Shown piece after piece: positions 28,841-38,058 of a stretch of DNA of 64,000 nt. The stretch comes from a virus (lineage: Duplodnaviria; Caudoviricetes), in the IMG/VR virus record IMGVR_UViG_3300028886_000045; one strand, written 5' to 3'. Below the pieces are notes generated by a model. That model was given only the letters and a program-made list of their open reading frames with translations, was not told the origin of the DNA and made no database searches. Both the position numbers and the translations under genes were made by a program. Position 1 is the stretch's first letter, and each line of letters opens with the position of its first letter.

Positions 28841-28870
28841 AGCGGAAAGCATTTCACAATGCCCTCCGCT
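28841..28870. terminator. Hairpin between convergent HTH and tail chaperone genes
   Basis: agcgga-aagcatttcacaatgccc-tccgct. Confidence 0.6.
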
Positions 28871-28951
28871 TCCGTAAACATCAAATAACAAAATAACTAA
28901 TAACTAAAACCTAAAACCTAATTCTATGATACATTTATTCCACTTACTTTC

Positions 28952-29544
28952 CTATTCGTCTTTCCGCTTACGACCCTCCATGCGCCTTGCCATCATTTCC
29001 TTACCCGAAATCTTCTTTACCACGCTACCATAGCAAGTGTGTAACTTATCCTTTGCCATGATAACTAAATTTCTGTATGGTATTTCTTCAAACACTTCTT
29101 TGTACGACAGATGCAGAGATTCACAGAACGTAGCAATCTGCCCCATTAAGCACTCGTTACCGACTACTTTTGCTTTGCTATCACGCTCCGCACGTTCCTC
29201 GCTAAAAGGGATAGCCTTAAAAAATTTTCGGTACTTATTAACTTGATACACGTTTCCAAACCATCAACCACTTCGTTTACAGTACCATTCGATAGTTCGT
29301 CTGCCAAATCTTCGTTTCCTTGGATGAACCATGAAAGTGCCTTGCAAGCATCCATACTTTGCGACATCATTTTAAGCATATCGCCTATGGTCTTTTCACC
29401 CCCATACTTAGTAATGTAGTACCCCGCGCCTGCTATCTTCTTAATCGTAGGCGGTAAGACGAAATACGCCCTACCATTAACGACAACCGTTTCACCATCC
29501 AACCCTATCAAGGCAGATGATATAAGTCTTGCGCCATTTTCCAT
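28952..29544 (-). CDS. Tail assembly chaperone, frameshift-extended (GT-like) form
   Basis: Overlapping ORFs 29164-29544 and 28952-29251 joined by slippery U UUU UUA at 29218-29224. Confidence 0.75.
29164..29544 (-). CDS. Tail assembly chaperone (short form)
   Basis: Directly after the major tail protein. Confidence 0.8.
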   Translation of the reverse strand: MENGARLISSALIGLDGETVVVNGRAYFVLPPTIKKIAGAGYYITKYGGEKTIGDMLKMMSQSMDACKALSWFIQGNEDLADELSNGTVNEVVDGLETCIKLISTENFLRLSLLARNVRSVIAKQK

Positions 29545-29631
29545 TTAGTCGTTTGTTGCTTTGATGTTAAGAAAAGGGGGAAAAGGATAAATCCCAATCC
29601 CCCACTTGGTTATTTACGTTTGTGTTGTTCC

Positions 29632-30195
29632 TTAACCGATATACTCATGCTCGACCCAAATCTCAGGTGACCATGACTCGCGGTTAGTGTTGCCACTATT
29701 AGAAGGCTCAAGTGCCGTTGCGACAACTGCCAAACCAATAGCACCATCAGTATTAGCCTCACGAACATTCACATTTGCCTTTGGAAGAACACAATAAATG
29801 TCATCCGTGGTAAGTGCAATCATGCACATATAAATGTTGTTTGGAATACCCCTTTGGCGTTTCCATGAGTGGTCTGTTGCAGTACCACCCAAAAGGTCTG
29901 CTTTGGTCTTGAAATCGTACTGACCGATAGTAAATGCAAAGGTGACATCACCCATGACTTTCTTACCCATACGATAAACCGAACCCGAAAGTTGATTCTT
30001 GTAAGAATCCTGTGAAGACTCAGCCTCCTCAATCGCCCATGTGTCTTGGTGGATATTCTTCACCTCAACACATCCCTCTTGTGCGATAAGTGCTTGAATC
30101 TTAGCATTATCAACTGGCTCGACTGTTACGCTTGCAGCAGGAATGTACCAAAGTTGCTTGATGTCTATTGCAGAAAATTGCGTTTGCTGTGCCAT
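29632..30195 (-). CDS. Major tail (tube) protein
   Basis: Synteny (neck genes, this gene, chaperone); 187-aa beta-rich sequence. Confidence 0.75.
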   Translation of the reverse strand: MAQQTQFSAIDIKQLWYIPAASVTVEPVDNAKIQALIAQEGCVEVKNIHQDTWAIEEAESSQDSYKNQLSGSVYRMGKKVMGDVTFAFTIGQYDFKTKADLLGGTATDHSWKRQRGIPNNIYMCMIALTTDDIYCVLPKANVNVREANTDGAIGLAVVATALEPSNSGNTNRESWSPEIWVEHEYIG

Positions 30196-30201
30196 AATAT
30201 T

Positions 30202-30591
30202 TTATACGTTTAATATTTCAAATAATACTTTTAGATTCACGAAATAATAGCGCAAATCCCTTTCTTCTTCTTCGCCAACCGACATTTTCTTAAATCGGTA
30301 TCTTTCGCCTTCAGCCGTTCCACACCCACTATACAAAGGCTTTAACATTGTTTGCGCCACCTTTAGCCTTATGCCGTCCTTTTCATCGGCACGGTTCGGT
30401 ACGCAATAGTTAATCTCACACATTGAACGATTCCAATACTTACCGCTCTCGATTCTTCGTGTGATAACAACCACCCTTTCGGTATCAATCTCACCTTCGG
30501 GTTCATTGCCCTTTAGATAGATAGGAACATCAGTAAAGACTTCCGCGCACTTGTCAAATAGTATTTCACCAATAGTTTCTTGTGTAATCAT
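30202..30591 (-). CDS. Putative tail terminator/completion protein
   Basis: Synteny and size. Confidence 0.6.
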   Translation of the reverse strand: MITQETIGEILFDKCAEVFTDVPIYLKGNEPEGEIDTERVVVITRRIESGKYWNRSMCEINYCVPNRADEKDGIRLKVAQTMLKPLYSGCGTAEGERYRFKKMSVGEEEERDLRYYFVNLKVLFEILNV

Positions 30592-30872
30592 TTCAGTAAG
30601 TTCATAAGTTGCAGAAACGCGCCCGAAAGTACATCGTACCCCTTTGCTTCCACGTTAGACGCATATTCCGCATCGTTATACAAAACCAACCGCCTCGGTG
30701 TTGCGTGATACTTGTTACTACTTCTTAGGTTTCCCGTTCTATTTTGGTAGTCTCCGTATTGTTTCGCATAGTCTGTGGCTAATTCACCCGCCGCCTTGTA
30801 CATTTCCATGACATCAATAGGCGCACGCGCTAACTGCTTTTTGACATCCGATAAATCACACCTTATAGCCAT
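30588..30872 (-). CDS. HK97 gp10-like neck protein
   Basis: RTGNLRSS and AEYASNVEAKGYDVL motifs. Confidence 0.75.
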   Translation of the reverse strand: MAIRCDLSDVKKQLARAPIDVMEMYKAAGELATDYAKQYGDYQNRTGNLRSSNKYHATPRRLVLYNDAEYASNVEAKGYDVLSGAFLQLMNLLK

Positions 30873-31174
30873 ATTGTAGAATAATCCAAATAATTCAAGT
30901 GCGTTACGTTGAATACACGACCCTCTGCCCTATTAGGCTCAACTTTCACGAAATCACCAACCTTGACATTGACATCCCTATTCGCCACTATCTTATAATG
31001 CGGACGGTAAACCTTTCCGTTCTCATCGTGAAATTCTTGTATAGAATTATCGTCACAACGGCATTTTCCGATTTCAACCCACTCCTCTACCGATTCCGTG
31101 GGTCTGCCGTACTTATCCTTTCCAAGCGTTTCCGACTTCTTATATAATGTATGCGGTGTATAGTACATTACCAA
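30863..31174 (-). CDS. Putative head closure protein
   Basis: KDKYGRP..W..IGKCRCD; synteny. Confidence 0.6.
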   Translation of the reverse strand: MVMYYTPHTLYKKSETLGKDKYGRPTESVEEWVEIGKCRCDDNSIQEFHDENGKVYRPHYKIVANRDVNVKVGDFVKVEPNRAEGRVFNVTHLNYLDYSTIWL

Positions 31175-31503
31175 ATGTCAGTTTTGTCAATTATCGTAGA
31201 AATATTAAGCATAGCAAGGATTTCCTCGTTTGGCTCAACTCCGTATTTACGACAAAGCCACAAATACCACTTTGCCAATCCGTCCATATCCCACGATACA
31301 GAAAACCCCGATTCATTCACAGATTTAATTTTTGGCGAGAAAATCAAACCCTCGATAATAGGGATTATAGCCTTGTTTACTTCATCAACCTTAGACTTAA
31401 TATCCTCAGTCAAATCCAAACCCAAAGCCTCTATATCAGCGAAATCCGCGTCTGTGATATTGAACGCTTGCAACTTGGAACTTATGTATGCCTTAATCGT
31501 CAT
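31168..31503 (-). CDS. Putative head-tail adaptor
   Basis: SVNESGFSVSWD motif; synteny. Confidence 0.6.
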   Translation of the reverse strand: MTIKAYISSKLQAFNITDADFADIEALGLDLTEDIKSKVDEVNKAIIPIIEGLIFSPKIKSVNESGFSVSWDMDGLAKWYLWLCRKYGVEPNEEILAMLNISTIIDKTDIW

Positions 31504-31925
31504 TATGCGGTCTTTGTTGTTGCTTTTCTTCCACGCTTAGGTGTTTCAGCCTTTTCAGCCTTTTCTGTTGCATCCTCTGCCTTTTCAGCCTCGTTTGCAT
31601 TTTCGGCTACATTCTCAGCCTTTTCTGCTTCATTCGCATTATCGGCTTCGTCTGCGTCCTTTTCAGCCTCCTTGGTTTCATTCTCATTCGCGCTGTCTGT
31701 GGGAACTTCATTACCATTGTCTTGTGGATTTGGTACTACACCTTGCGATGTAGTACCTTCATCCTCTGACTTTGCTTTCTGTTCCACACTTTCCACCGCC
31801 TCCGCCAACTTACGCGCTACCAAAGAATTAGCACGCGCTTCGTCAAAATCAGCGATTTCACCCACCGCGAAAATGTGTGCGTAATTATCCTTATCGTGGA
31901 ATTGTGTTAGAACTTTTACTTTCAT
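31503..31925 (-). CDS. Capsid-adjacent protein with acidic low-complexity tail
   Basis: Small N-terminal domain, then EA/NA repeats and a basic end. Confidence 0.65.
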   Translation of the reverse strand: MKVKVLTQFHDKDNYAHIFAVGEIADFDEARANSLVARKLAEAVESVEQKAKSEDEGTTSQGVVPNPQDNGNEVPTDSANENETKEAEKDADEADNANEAEKAENVAENANEAEKAEDATEKAEKAETPKRGRKATTKTA

Positions 31926-31937
31926 ACCTTTCGATGT

Positions 31938-33026
31938 TTAGGCTTGTACTTGTGTTGAATCAAGTGTGTAGATACGATCTACGTTGTTGATAACTGGCAG
32001 TACCATAGCCTGTGAACTTGTGAACTCACGCAATGGGTCATTTACGGAATAACGGCTTACGAGAATGAACTCGTCTGCTGTTTCGTAAGTAACGCCTGCA
32101 ACTGGGTTGGTGCTCTCTACCGTGTTAGTCCAAACAAGTGAACCAAGGATAGGGTCACAAACGAAAGTTGCTACGCCCGTCTGCCAAGGTGAGTGATTCT
32201 GCCTACGACCATTAATCTCGGTCTTAACCTTGCGTGCTACGCGGTGCAAAGTGATACCCCACTTTGTCTGCAATACTTGCTTTGCCTTATCAAAGTCAAG
32301 AATTGGCACGTTGTTTTGAGCGGAACTGATACCCATATCGAAGGCGTACTGACCGCGTACTTGCTGTGACTGATAGAAGCCTTGCAACCAAGTATCGTCT
32401 GCGTAAACATCAGTAATGATGTTGTTATCGTCCATAGCCTTGTCGAAAATCTTCTGAATATCGTCAAGTGGGGTAGATGTTGCAAGGTTGTTACGCCAAA
32501 CAACTGCCACACCGAACTTGTTCTCGTTCTTGTAGCCGACATCAATACGGACGCCCGTGCCGTTGTTCCTATCTGTGACACCGACACCGCTTGAAAGTTC
32601 TGAAAGGAACAAATCCTCCAAACGCTCCCAAATACCCTCGATAACGCGAGGTACATCGGCAAACATTGTCTGCAAGATACGGGTAAGTGGCTGTTGCTGT
32701 GCAATGATAGCGTACAAGTCCTTCATTTGCTTTTCGGTCATGTACAACTTCATACCCATCTTAGGTATCTCACCATGTGCGGTTTCGATAGCATCACGGC
32801 TCTTCAATGGCAATTCACTATCAAGTGAAACGACATCGGCAGCAACCCTTGTGTATTCAGCAAGAATTGATGACCAACGACCATCCGCGCTATATACTGG
32901 TTCGAGCAAATCCTTATACATATAAGGGAGCGATGTCCTACGCTGCTCGTTCAATCGCTCAACTACTGAAAGTACAAGTTGTGGAAAAAACTTATCCACA
33001 TACTCAAAATAAAGTGACTTTCCCAT
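31938..33026 (-). CDS. Major capsid protein (lambda E-like)
   Basis: 362 aa; ADVVSLDSELPLKSR and GEIPKMG motifs; follows scaffold and decoration genes. Confidence 0.85.
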   Translation of the reverse strand: MGKSLYFEYVDKFFPQLVLSVVERLNEQRRTSLPYMYKDLLEPVYSADGRWSSILAEYTRVAADVVSLDSELPLKSRDAIETAHGEIPKMGMKLYMTEKQMKDLYAIIAQQQPLTRILQTMFADVPRVIEGIWERLEDLFLSELSSGVGVTDRNNGTGVRIDVGYKNENKFGVAVVWRNNLATSTPLDDIQKIFDKAMDDNNIITDVYADDTWLQGFYQSQQVRGQYAFDMGISSAQNNVPILDFDKAKQVLQTKWGITLHRVARKVKTEINGRRQNHSPWQTGVATFVCDPILGSLVWTNTVESTNPVAGVTYETADEFILVSRYSVNDPLREFTSSQAMVLPVINNVDRIYTLDSTQVQA

Positions 33027-33030
33027 TTAC

Positions 33031-33417
33031 TTATGCCTCCTCGTCTTTTTGGAAATCAATGTAAGGGCAAGCAGCCTTGAACGCTGTAAGTTTAGCACCT
33101 GTAAGCGCGTAAGGCAGAGCCTCAGAATTTACAACACCCCACGTCATGATAGCGGCTGCGGGACGCTTGCTATCAATCGTGTTATACAATATTCCTGCGT
33201 AGTTGTAGTTCTCTGGAAGAGCACCATACGCATCACCTTCAACAGGCATTGGCTTGTATGTACCATTGTTTACAATGATAACGTGTCCTGCCTTGATTGC
33301 ACCGCTAAAGCCAGTGACATCCAAGGTGCGACCGCCCTCTATGCCCTTAATGTACTTTTTGATAACAACTGAGTTGTCCTCAATCTGTACCTTCTCGACT
33401 GTCAAATTCTGTTTCAT
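33031..33417 (-). CDS. Head decoration protein
   Basis: GGRTLDV..IKAGHVI..GILY..G.VN; lies between scaffold and capsid. Confidence 0.7.
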   Translation of the reverse strand: MKQNLTVEKVQIEDNSVVIKKYIKGIEGGRTLDVTGFSGAIKAGHVIIVNNGTYKPMPVEGDAYGALPENYNYAGILYNTIDSKRPAAAIMTWGVVNSEALPYALTGAKLTAFKAACPYIDFQKDEEA

Positions 33418-33432
33418 ATTAACTTCAATAAA

Positions 33433-34305
33433 TTAGTGTACTAATGCCTTTGCAACACTATCCATATCTTCCTTAGTGGCTTTATCTCCACCCAAGATTT
33501 CGCCTTTGTCAAGTGGAAGAGCACTTGTTTTGATATGACTTGCAACGCCACTTAGGTACTCGACAACAGAACTTTCCTCTGCATCGTCAGCAATAGTGAA
33601 ACCCTCGTCAATACGCCATTGTGGAATACCCAACTCCTTTGCCTTGTTGGTGATAAAGTTCCTATGCGCTTCAAGTTTCTGCTGTTGTGCTTTCTTTTCT
33701 GCGTCTGCCTTGATTTGCTCATAGCCATCAAGTAGCACCTTGTTTTTGTCTTGCAAATCAGAAATCACCTTGTTTGTCGCATCGGTTTGCGCCTTGTGCG
33801 ATTCAAGGATTTCCGAAATACGCTTTTCGTAAGCCTCTGCTTGCGCCTTGCTCCTTGCGTTGGTCTCCTCGATATACTTCTTGAAATAGTCAGGAACTTC
33901 TTGGTTCTTCTTGATTTCTTCCAATCGTTTCTTCTCGGCTTCCTCTTCTTCCGCTTTCTTGCGTGCGGCCTCTTCTTCGGCTTTCTTACGCGCTGCCTCC
34001 TCTTCGGCTTTCTTCTTTGCGTCTGCGTCTTTCTTCTTACGCTCTTCTTCGGCTTTCTTCTGTTCCTCCTCAATTTTCTTCCTTTCGGCTTCTTCGCCTG
34101 CTTTCCTTGCAGTTGAAGCGCGTCTATCATACTCCTTTTGGAGACCCTCTAAGAAAGGCTTTTGACCACCTACTACCGCGTCCAAGTTTTCATCAGTAAC
34201 AAACCCCAAGTTAGCCAAACTTTCAGCGTGTGCCTGTAAAACTTCATCGCCTAACCCAAGCGAACTATACGCTTGTTTTAGTTTTGCATAGATTTTTTCT
34301 TTCAT
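33433..34305 (-). CDS. Capsid scaffolding protein
   Basis: Lys/Glu/Ala coiled coil with KKAEEEAAR repeats; first gene of the head operon. Confidence 0.75.
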   Translation of the reverse strand: MKEKIYAKLKQAYSSLGLGDEVLQAHAESLANLGFVTDENLDAVVGGQKPFLEGLQKEYDRRASTARKAGEEAERKKIEEEQKKAEEERKKKDADAKKKAEEEAARKKAEEEAARKKAEEEEAEKKRLEEIKKNQEVPDYFKKYIEETNARSKAQAEAYEKRISEILESHKAQTDATNKVISDLQDKNKVLLDGYEQIKADAEKKAQQQKLEAHRNFITNKAKELGIPQWRIDEGFTIADDAEESSVVEYLSGVASHIKTSALPLDKGEILGGDKATKEDMDSVAKALVH

Positions 34306-34340
34306 TGATATTTACTTTGTTGCTTAAAATTTTAACATTG

Positions 34341-34410
34341 CAAAGGTACGCATAAGAAATTATACCAAGAAACTTTTGTAAGGTACAACATTCATTTTAC
34401 ACCAAATGAA
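34341..34410 (-). promoter_or_regulatory. Class II promoter for head/tail operon
   Basis: caaaggta at 34341-34348; perfect palindrome TTCATTT-tacacc-AAATGAA at 34391-34410. Confidence 0.75.
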
Positions 34411-34513
34411 TAAGAAACTATATAATTAGCCGTTTTTGGGCTTGTTATGCTATTTTCTTTTAATCGGAATGTGCGTTTTTCTGTGCTTTTATGATATTAG
34501 GACATAAAAAAAA

Positions 34514-34537
34514 CGTGCTATCTTCACAGACAACACG
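34514..34537 (-). terminator. GUGA-loop terminator family hairpin
   Basis: cgtg-ctatcttcacagacaa-cacg, followed by U8 on the minus strand. Confidence 0.65.
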
Positions 34538-34579
34538 AAATAATTACGGTTTTGAAAAAACTCTTGTATATAAATTCTA

Positions 34580-34858
34580 CTAACCCTTCAAAGTGACAAT
34601 GAAATACACGTTGTAACGACTATCAGCACAAACAACCGTCAATTCGTGTATCTTTGCACGATATTTGTATGTAGCCAAATTCAACCCTTTAAGGCTTCTG
34701 TTGATAATCTGCTCGTTAAGGTGCAACTTCTTTCTGTTGCTTATGTATTGGCGTTGCAACTTGCATCCCTTTTCTTCGCACATCTTATGTATTTCACTAA
34801 GACATTCACGAATTGATGCGTCCTTTACAAGTTCTTTGCCTACATACATTTTAGCCAT
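34580..34858 (-). CDS. Hypothetical protein (single-gene cassette)
   Basis: 92-aa ORF with its own promoter, pseudoknot and terminator. Confidence 0.7.
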   Translation of the reverse strand: MAKMYVGKELVKDASIRECLSEIHKMCEEKGCKLQRQYISNRKKLHLNEQIINRSLKGLNLATYKYRAKIHELTVVCADSRYNVYFIVTLKG

Positions 34859-34867
34859 ATCGTTTGT

Positions 34868-34893
34868 GGTCTTGTTATTCTCTTGACCGTGAG
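34868..34893 (-). ncRNA. 5'-leader pseudoknot, copy 5
   Basis: CUC AC GGUC AA GAG AAUAACAA GACC; AUG at 34858; -7 box at 34928-34935. Confidence 0.8.
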
Positions 34894-34996
34894 TTCTAAA
34901 TTCTTCTGTTATTTCTTAACTACGATGCAAAGGTACTAAATTATTTTGAACTATGCAAATTTTTTACCAACTTTTTTTTTGAAAAAAATAAAAAAA

Positions 34997-35021
34997 CGCA
35001 CTATCCATCACGGACGGTGCG
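34997..35021 (-). terminator. Lysis operon terminator (GUGA family)
   Basis: cgcac-tatccatcacggacg-gtgcg plus U tract. Confidence 0.7.
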
Positions 35022-35052
35022 CAAAACTATTAAAAAAATATGAAGACTTAAA

Positions 35053-35583
35053 TCAAAAATACTTAAATTTAATATATAAAATGACAAATAAAATAACCAA
35101 TGCTAATATTGCGTGCCAATAGGTGAAACCGAAAACGCCCTTTTCCGTGACTTTCTTTTCCTTTACACTTGTAGCCTTTGTAACGGAATCATTCTTTACC
35201 ACGCTTGTATTATTATAATGTGACACGCTATCCGCTTTCTGAACGCTTGTATATCCCACATTCTGTATGTTGTCCGTTCTTCTGCTAACGTGCCTTTCCT
35301 TTATCTTTTCCCTTATTCGCAACGTGTCCCCCTTATCGTTAAGAACAACCTCCACAGTTCGGTCATTGATAACTGAGTCCAATGCTTGCAAATCCCTTTC
35401 CGTTCTTTCCACCTTATCGGTCTTTTCTTCGTGAAAGTCTTTCTTTTCATTTTCCGTTGCTGTTGTTTCTGTCTTTACCTCTGTTTCCGTTACCGACTTT
35501 TCGATTTCGCTATGCGTCTTGCACCCAATCAGCAAAACCGCCACCGATAGAAGAAACACCAAACTTTTCATTACCCTTTTCAT
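35053..35583 (-). CDS. Putative unimolecular spanin
   Basis: Lipobox LLIGC after a signal peptide, plus a C-terminal TM helix; follows the endolysin. Confidence 0.65.
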   Translation of the reverse strand: MKRVMKSLVFLLSVAVLLIGCKTHSEIEKSVTETEVKTETTATENEKKDFHEEKTDKVERTERDLQALDSVINDRTVEVVLNDKGDTLRIREKIKERHVSRRTDNIQNVGYTSVQKADSVSHYNNTSVVKNDSVTKATSVKEKKVTEKGVFGFTYWHAILALVILFVILYIKFKYF

Positions 35584-35584
35584 A

Positions 35585-36190
35585 CTATGCAACTTTTTTA
35601 AGTTCATCGTAAATATCCCTTCTTTCTTTCAAGCCATTTGTCCCACCATTGATGCGCTTTGTTATTGTTATAATATCGTCTTTGTCTGCGATTTCATTCA
35701 AGCCGTGTGTGTACCAATACCACATTGCCGACCTCACCGCGCCCAATGGCTTTGCAAGCAAATCGGGGTTAGCCACGACATCATAACCGCAATAGTTCCT
35801 ATATAGCGCATAGTTCGTGCGACCCGTTATCTGTATCAATCCCCTACCCCTAAACGTGTAGCCATCCATTGAAGCCTCGCCATTGTTTCCCATTCTGTTT
35901 GCGTACACCCTTGATGCTATCTTTCGTGGCTTGTGCGCATATAGGCTTGCATTCTTCGCGTTGAAATACTTTGGGAATACTACGACCAACCTATTTGCTG
36001 AATAGTTGAGGTTTTCTTCAACCCTTGCAAATCCGCTTGATTCGTGTAGCACTTGTGCCAAAAAGTGATTCATGCGCTTTTCGGTTGTTATACCGAACTC
36101 CTCCGCGAACTTGTTAATGTATGGTAGGTATGTATCTACATACTTCACCGCGCTTGGATATGCCTTAATTATTTTGCTCCTCAGTTCCAT
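35585..36190 (-). CDS. Endolysin, glycoside hydrolase family 19
   Basis: FLAQVLHES, ENLNYS, FRGRGLIQITGRTNY and ITKRINGG motifs. Confidence 0.93.
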   Translation of the reverse strand: MELRSKIIKAYPSAVKYVDTYLPYINKFAEEFGITTEKRMNHFLAQVLHESSGFARVEENLNYSANRLVVVFPKYFNAKNASLYAHKPRKIASRVYANRMGNNGEASMDGYTFRGRGLIQITGRTNYALYRNYCGYDVVANPDLLAKPLGAVRSAMWYWYTHGLNEIADKDDIITITKRINGGTNGLKERRDIYDELKKVA

Positions 36191-36662
36191 GCTTGTCTTC
36201 TTTTTTGTCTTCTGTTGTTAGATACTTGACAACCGCCTTTGCTATCTCATCGGGGTCAGTTCTATGCTTTGTGATTTCCGCAACCAACCGCGCGATTTGG
36301 TGGTACTCGTCCTTATCCTTATCTTCTGCCTTTTCATAGATGCTCTTCAATTCTATCAATCCTAAACCAATAGAGCCTATAAAGGTCATTAGTGGGAATA
36401 TCGGCAATTTATATCCGTACAGAATATCTAAGTAATGAATACCGACAATCTGCATACAATCCACCACGCTTACAGCGATAAGGATATTGTAATACTTTGC
36501 CAATTTCTCTACTGTTCGCCTAAATCCGTAAGATGTTCTTGCTTCACCCCTCTGCTTTGCTTTTCTCACTCCCGACCACAAATCAGCCATAACCGCAAAG
36601 AACACTAAAACGTATTCCATAGCGAAAATCAAACTTACAATCATCAACTGCTCTTTATTCAT
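36165..36662 (-). CDS. Holin
   Basis: Hydrophobic helices, DLWSGVRKA..TSYGFRRT and IELKSIYE. Start moved to 36662 because a promoter lies in the ORF-track extension. Confidence 0.85.
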   Translation of the reverse strand: MNKEQLMIVSLIFAMEYVLVFFAVMADLWSGVRKAKQRGEARTSYGFRRTVEKLAKYYNILIAVSVVDCMQIVGIHYLDILYGYKLPIFPLMTFIGSIGLGLIELKSIYEKAEDKDKDEYHQIARLVAEITKHRTDPDEIAKAVVKYLTTEDKKEDKHGTEEQNN

Positions 36663-36699
36663 TTTGTTACATAAATTTTCAATTTGTTTGTTTTCGCTA

Positions 36700-36769
36700 C
36701 AAAGATAACTCTTTTCCTTCAAGAAATCGTTTGCGCAAGAAACTAATATCGCATTTTGTACGAAATGAA
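36700..36769 (-). promoter_or_regulatory. Class II promoter for lysis operon
   Basis: caaagata at 36700-36707; CGCATTT-N6-AAATGAA at 36750-36769. Confidence 0.65.
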
Positions 36770-36938
36770 AGAAGGGTGCGTGAAAACAACCACACACCCC
36801 CAATCAATAAACAATTACAACAATCAAGACATTCTAACCTTAAATGTACTAAAGTATCTTTTCAATGCACCGCAAATGATACGCTTTAGAATGAAAGCCT
36901 CCGTCTTGCTACCCTTTGTCGGTACTTCGATTTCAAAC

Positions 36939-37343
36939 CTATACGTTTCCATTTTCCAATGCTTCAATAGTTCCTTTCCTTGGTATCATCCTATACTCCC
37001 ACCTAAACCTTGGCAGATACACCATTACGATATGTTGCATAACGTGTAGGGAACTTATGGGTCTTGTTATCAACAGCCTACCAACCCATAACCTTTTGTC
37101 ACGCCAATACACACCATTTCTGTGCATCTTTCCGTTTTTCAGTTTCTCAAAACCATATCGCCTCAGTTCCATTTCCGTTATACTGAAACTTTTCAACCGC
37201 CTATCATCGCGCCCTATGGTGATTTCTTCCACCGCGCCACGATTCAAGGGTCTTGTTATAGTGTATTCCGTATCTGTCACAGCCGATACCCTATAACGGT
37301 GGTCTTTATATCTGACAATATCGTTATGAAACAATGCTTCCAT
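36939..37343 (-). CDS. Hypothetical protein (distant member of ..GF..H..Q paralog family)
   Basis: ITEMELRRYGF..LHVMQH resembles 60451-60864. Confidence 0.65.
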   Translation of the reverse strand: MEALFHNDIVRYKDHRYRVSAVTDTEYTITRPLNRGAVEEITIGRDDRRLKSFSITEMELRRYGFEKLKNGKMHRNGVYWRDKRLWVGRLLITRPISSLHVMQHIVMVYLPRFRWEYRMIPRKGTIEALENGNV

Positions 37344-38058
37344 ACTTTCCTACTTGCAATAACCCATAGCGATGAGTTTTTGCTCAATCGCCTTTAGTCT
37401 TTCTTCCCTTTTCCTTTTGCTATTTTCATAGCCTTTGCGCCTTTGCTTTTCCAACTCTGACAAAACCATATATACCTTAATCTATTATTACTTGTCCAAC
37501 CCTTACTTTATAATTGGGATAATTGCCGTAAAAGCGTGCTTCTACCCAAACTATCCCCCACCAATGCAAATCCGTAGTATATCCTACATCTATTAGTAAT
37601 TGAATAATATCCCTATGCCGTGGAAAAACCGCCTTCAGCAACGCGACTTGCTGAAAGTAATCCAATGCGTTCCAACGTAGGCGGTTCAACCTAAACCCCC
37701 TACCCTTTAGTTCTTTTGTCATTACGCCTTATGAATTTGTTGCAAGCCGTTTGTGTGGCATCACCGAAATTCTCGTTTCCGCATCCCTTGAACTTTCTGT
37801 AAAACGCACAATGTCCGCAAATGCTCGTTGTGTATTCCATATTGTTACCCTTTCGGACGCGCAACTTGGTAGGCAATTTAGATTTCATTCCGTACAGCCT
37901 TTTTGATAATCGACTTACATACGACCAAAACAAACCCACCGATAATTACTAACGTGAATTGCTTCAATGTCAATATAGACGCAAACCCCACAAATACCAT
38001 TACTATGACAATAGCGCATAGTATGGAAATGATAATGTTACTCCTATCCATAAGCCTA

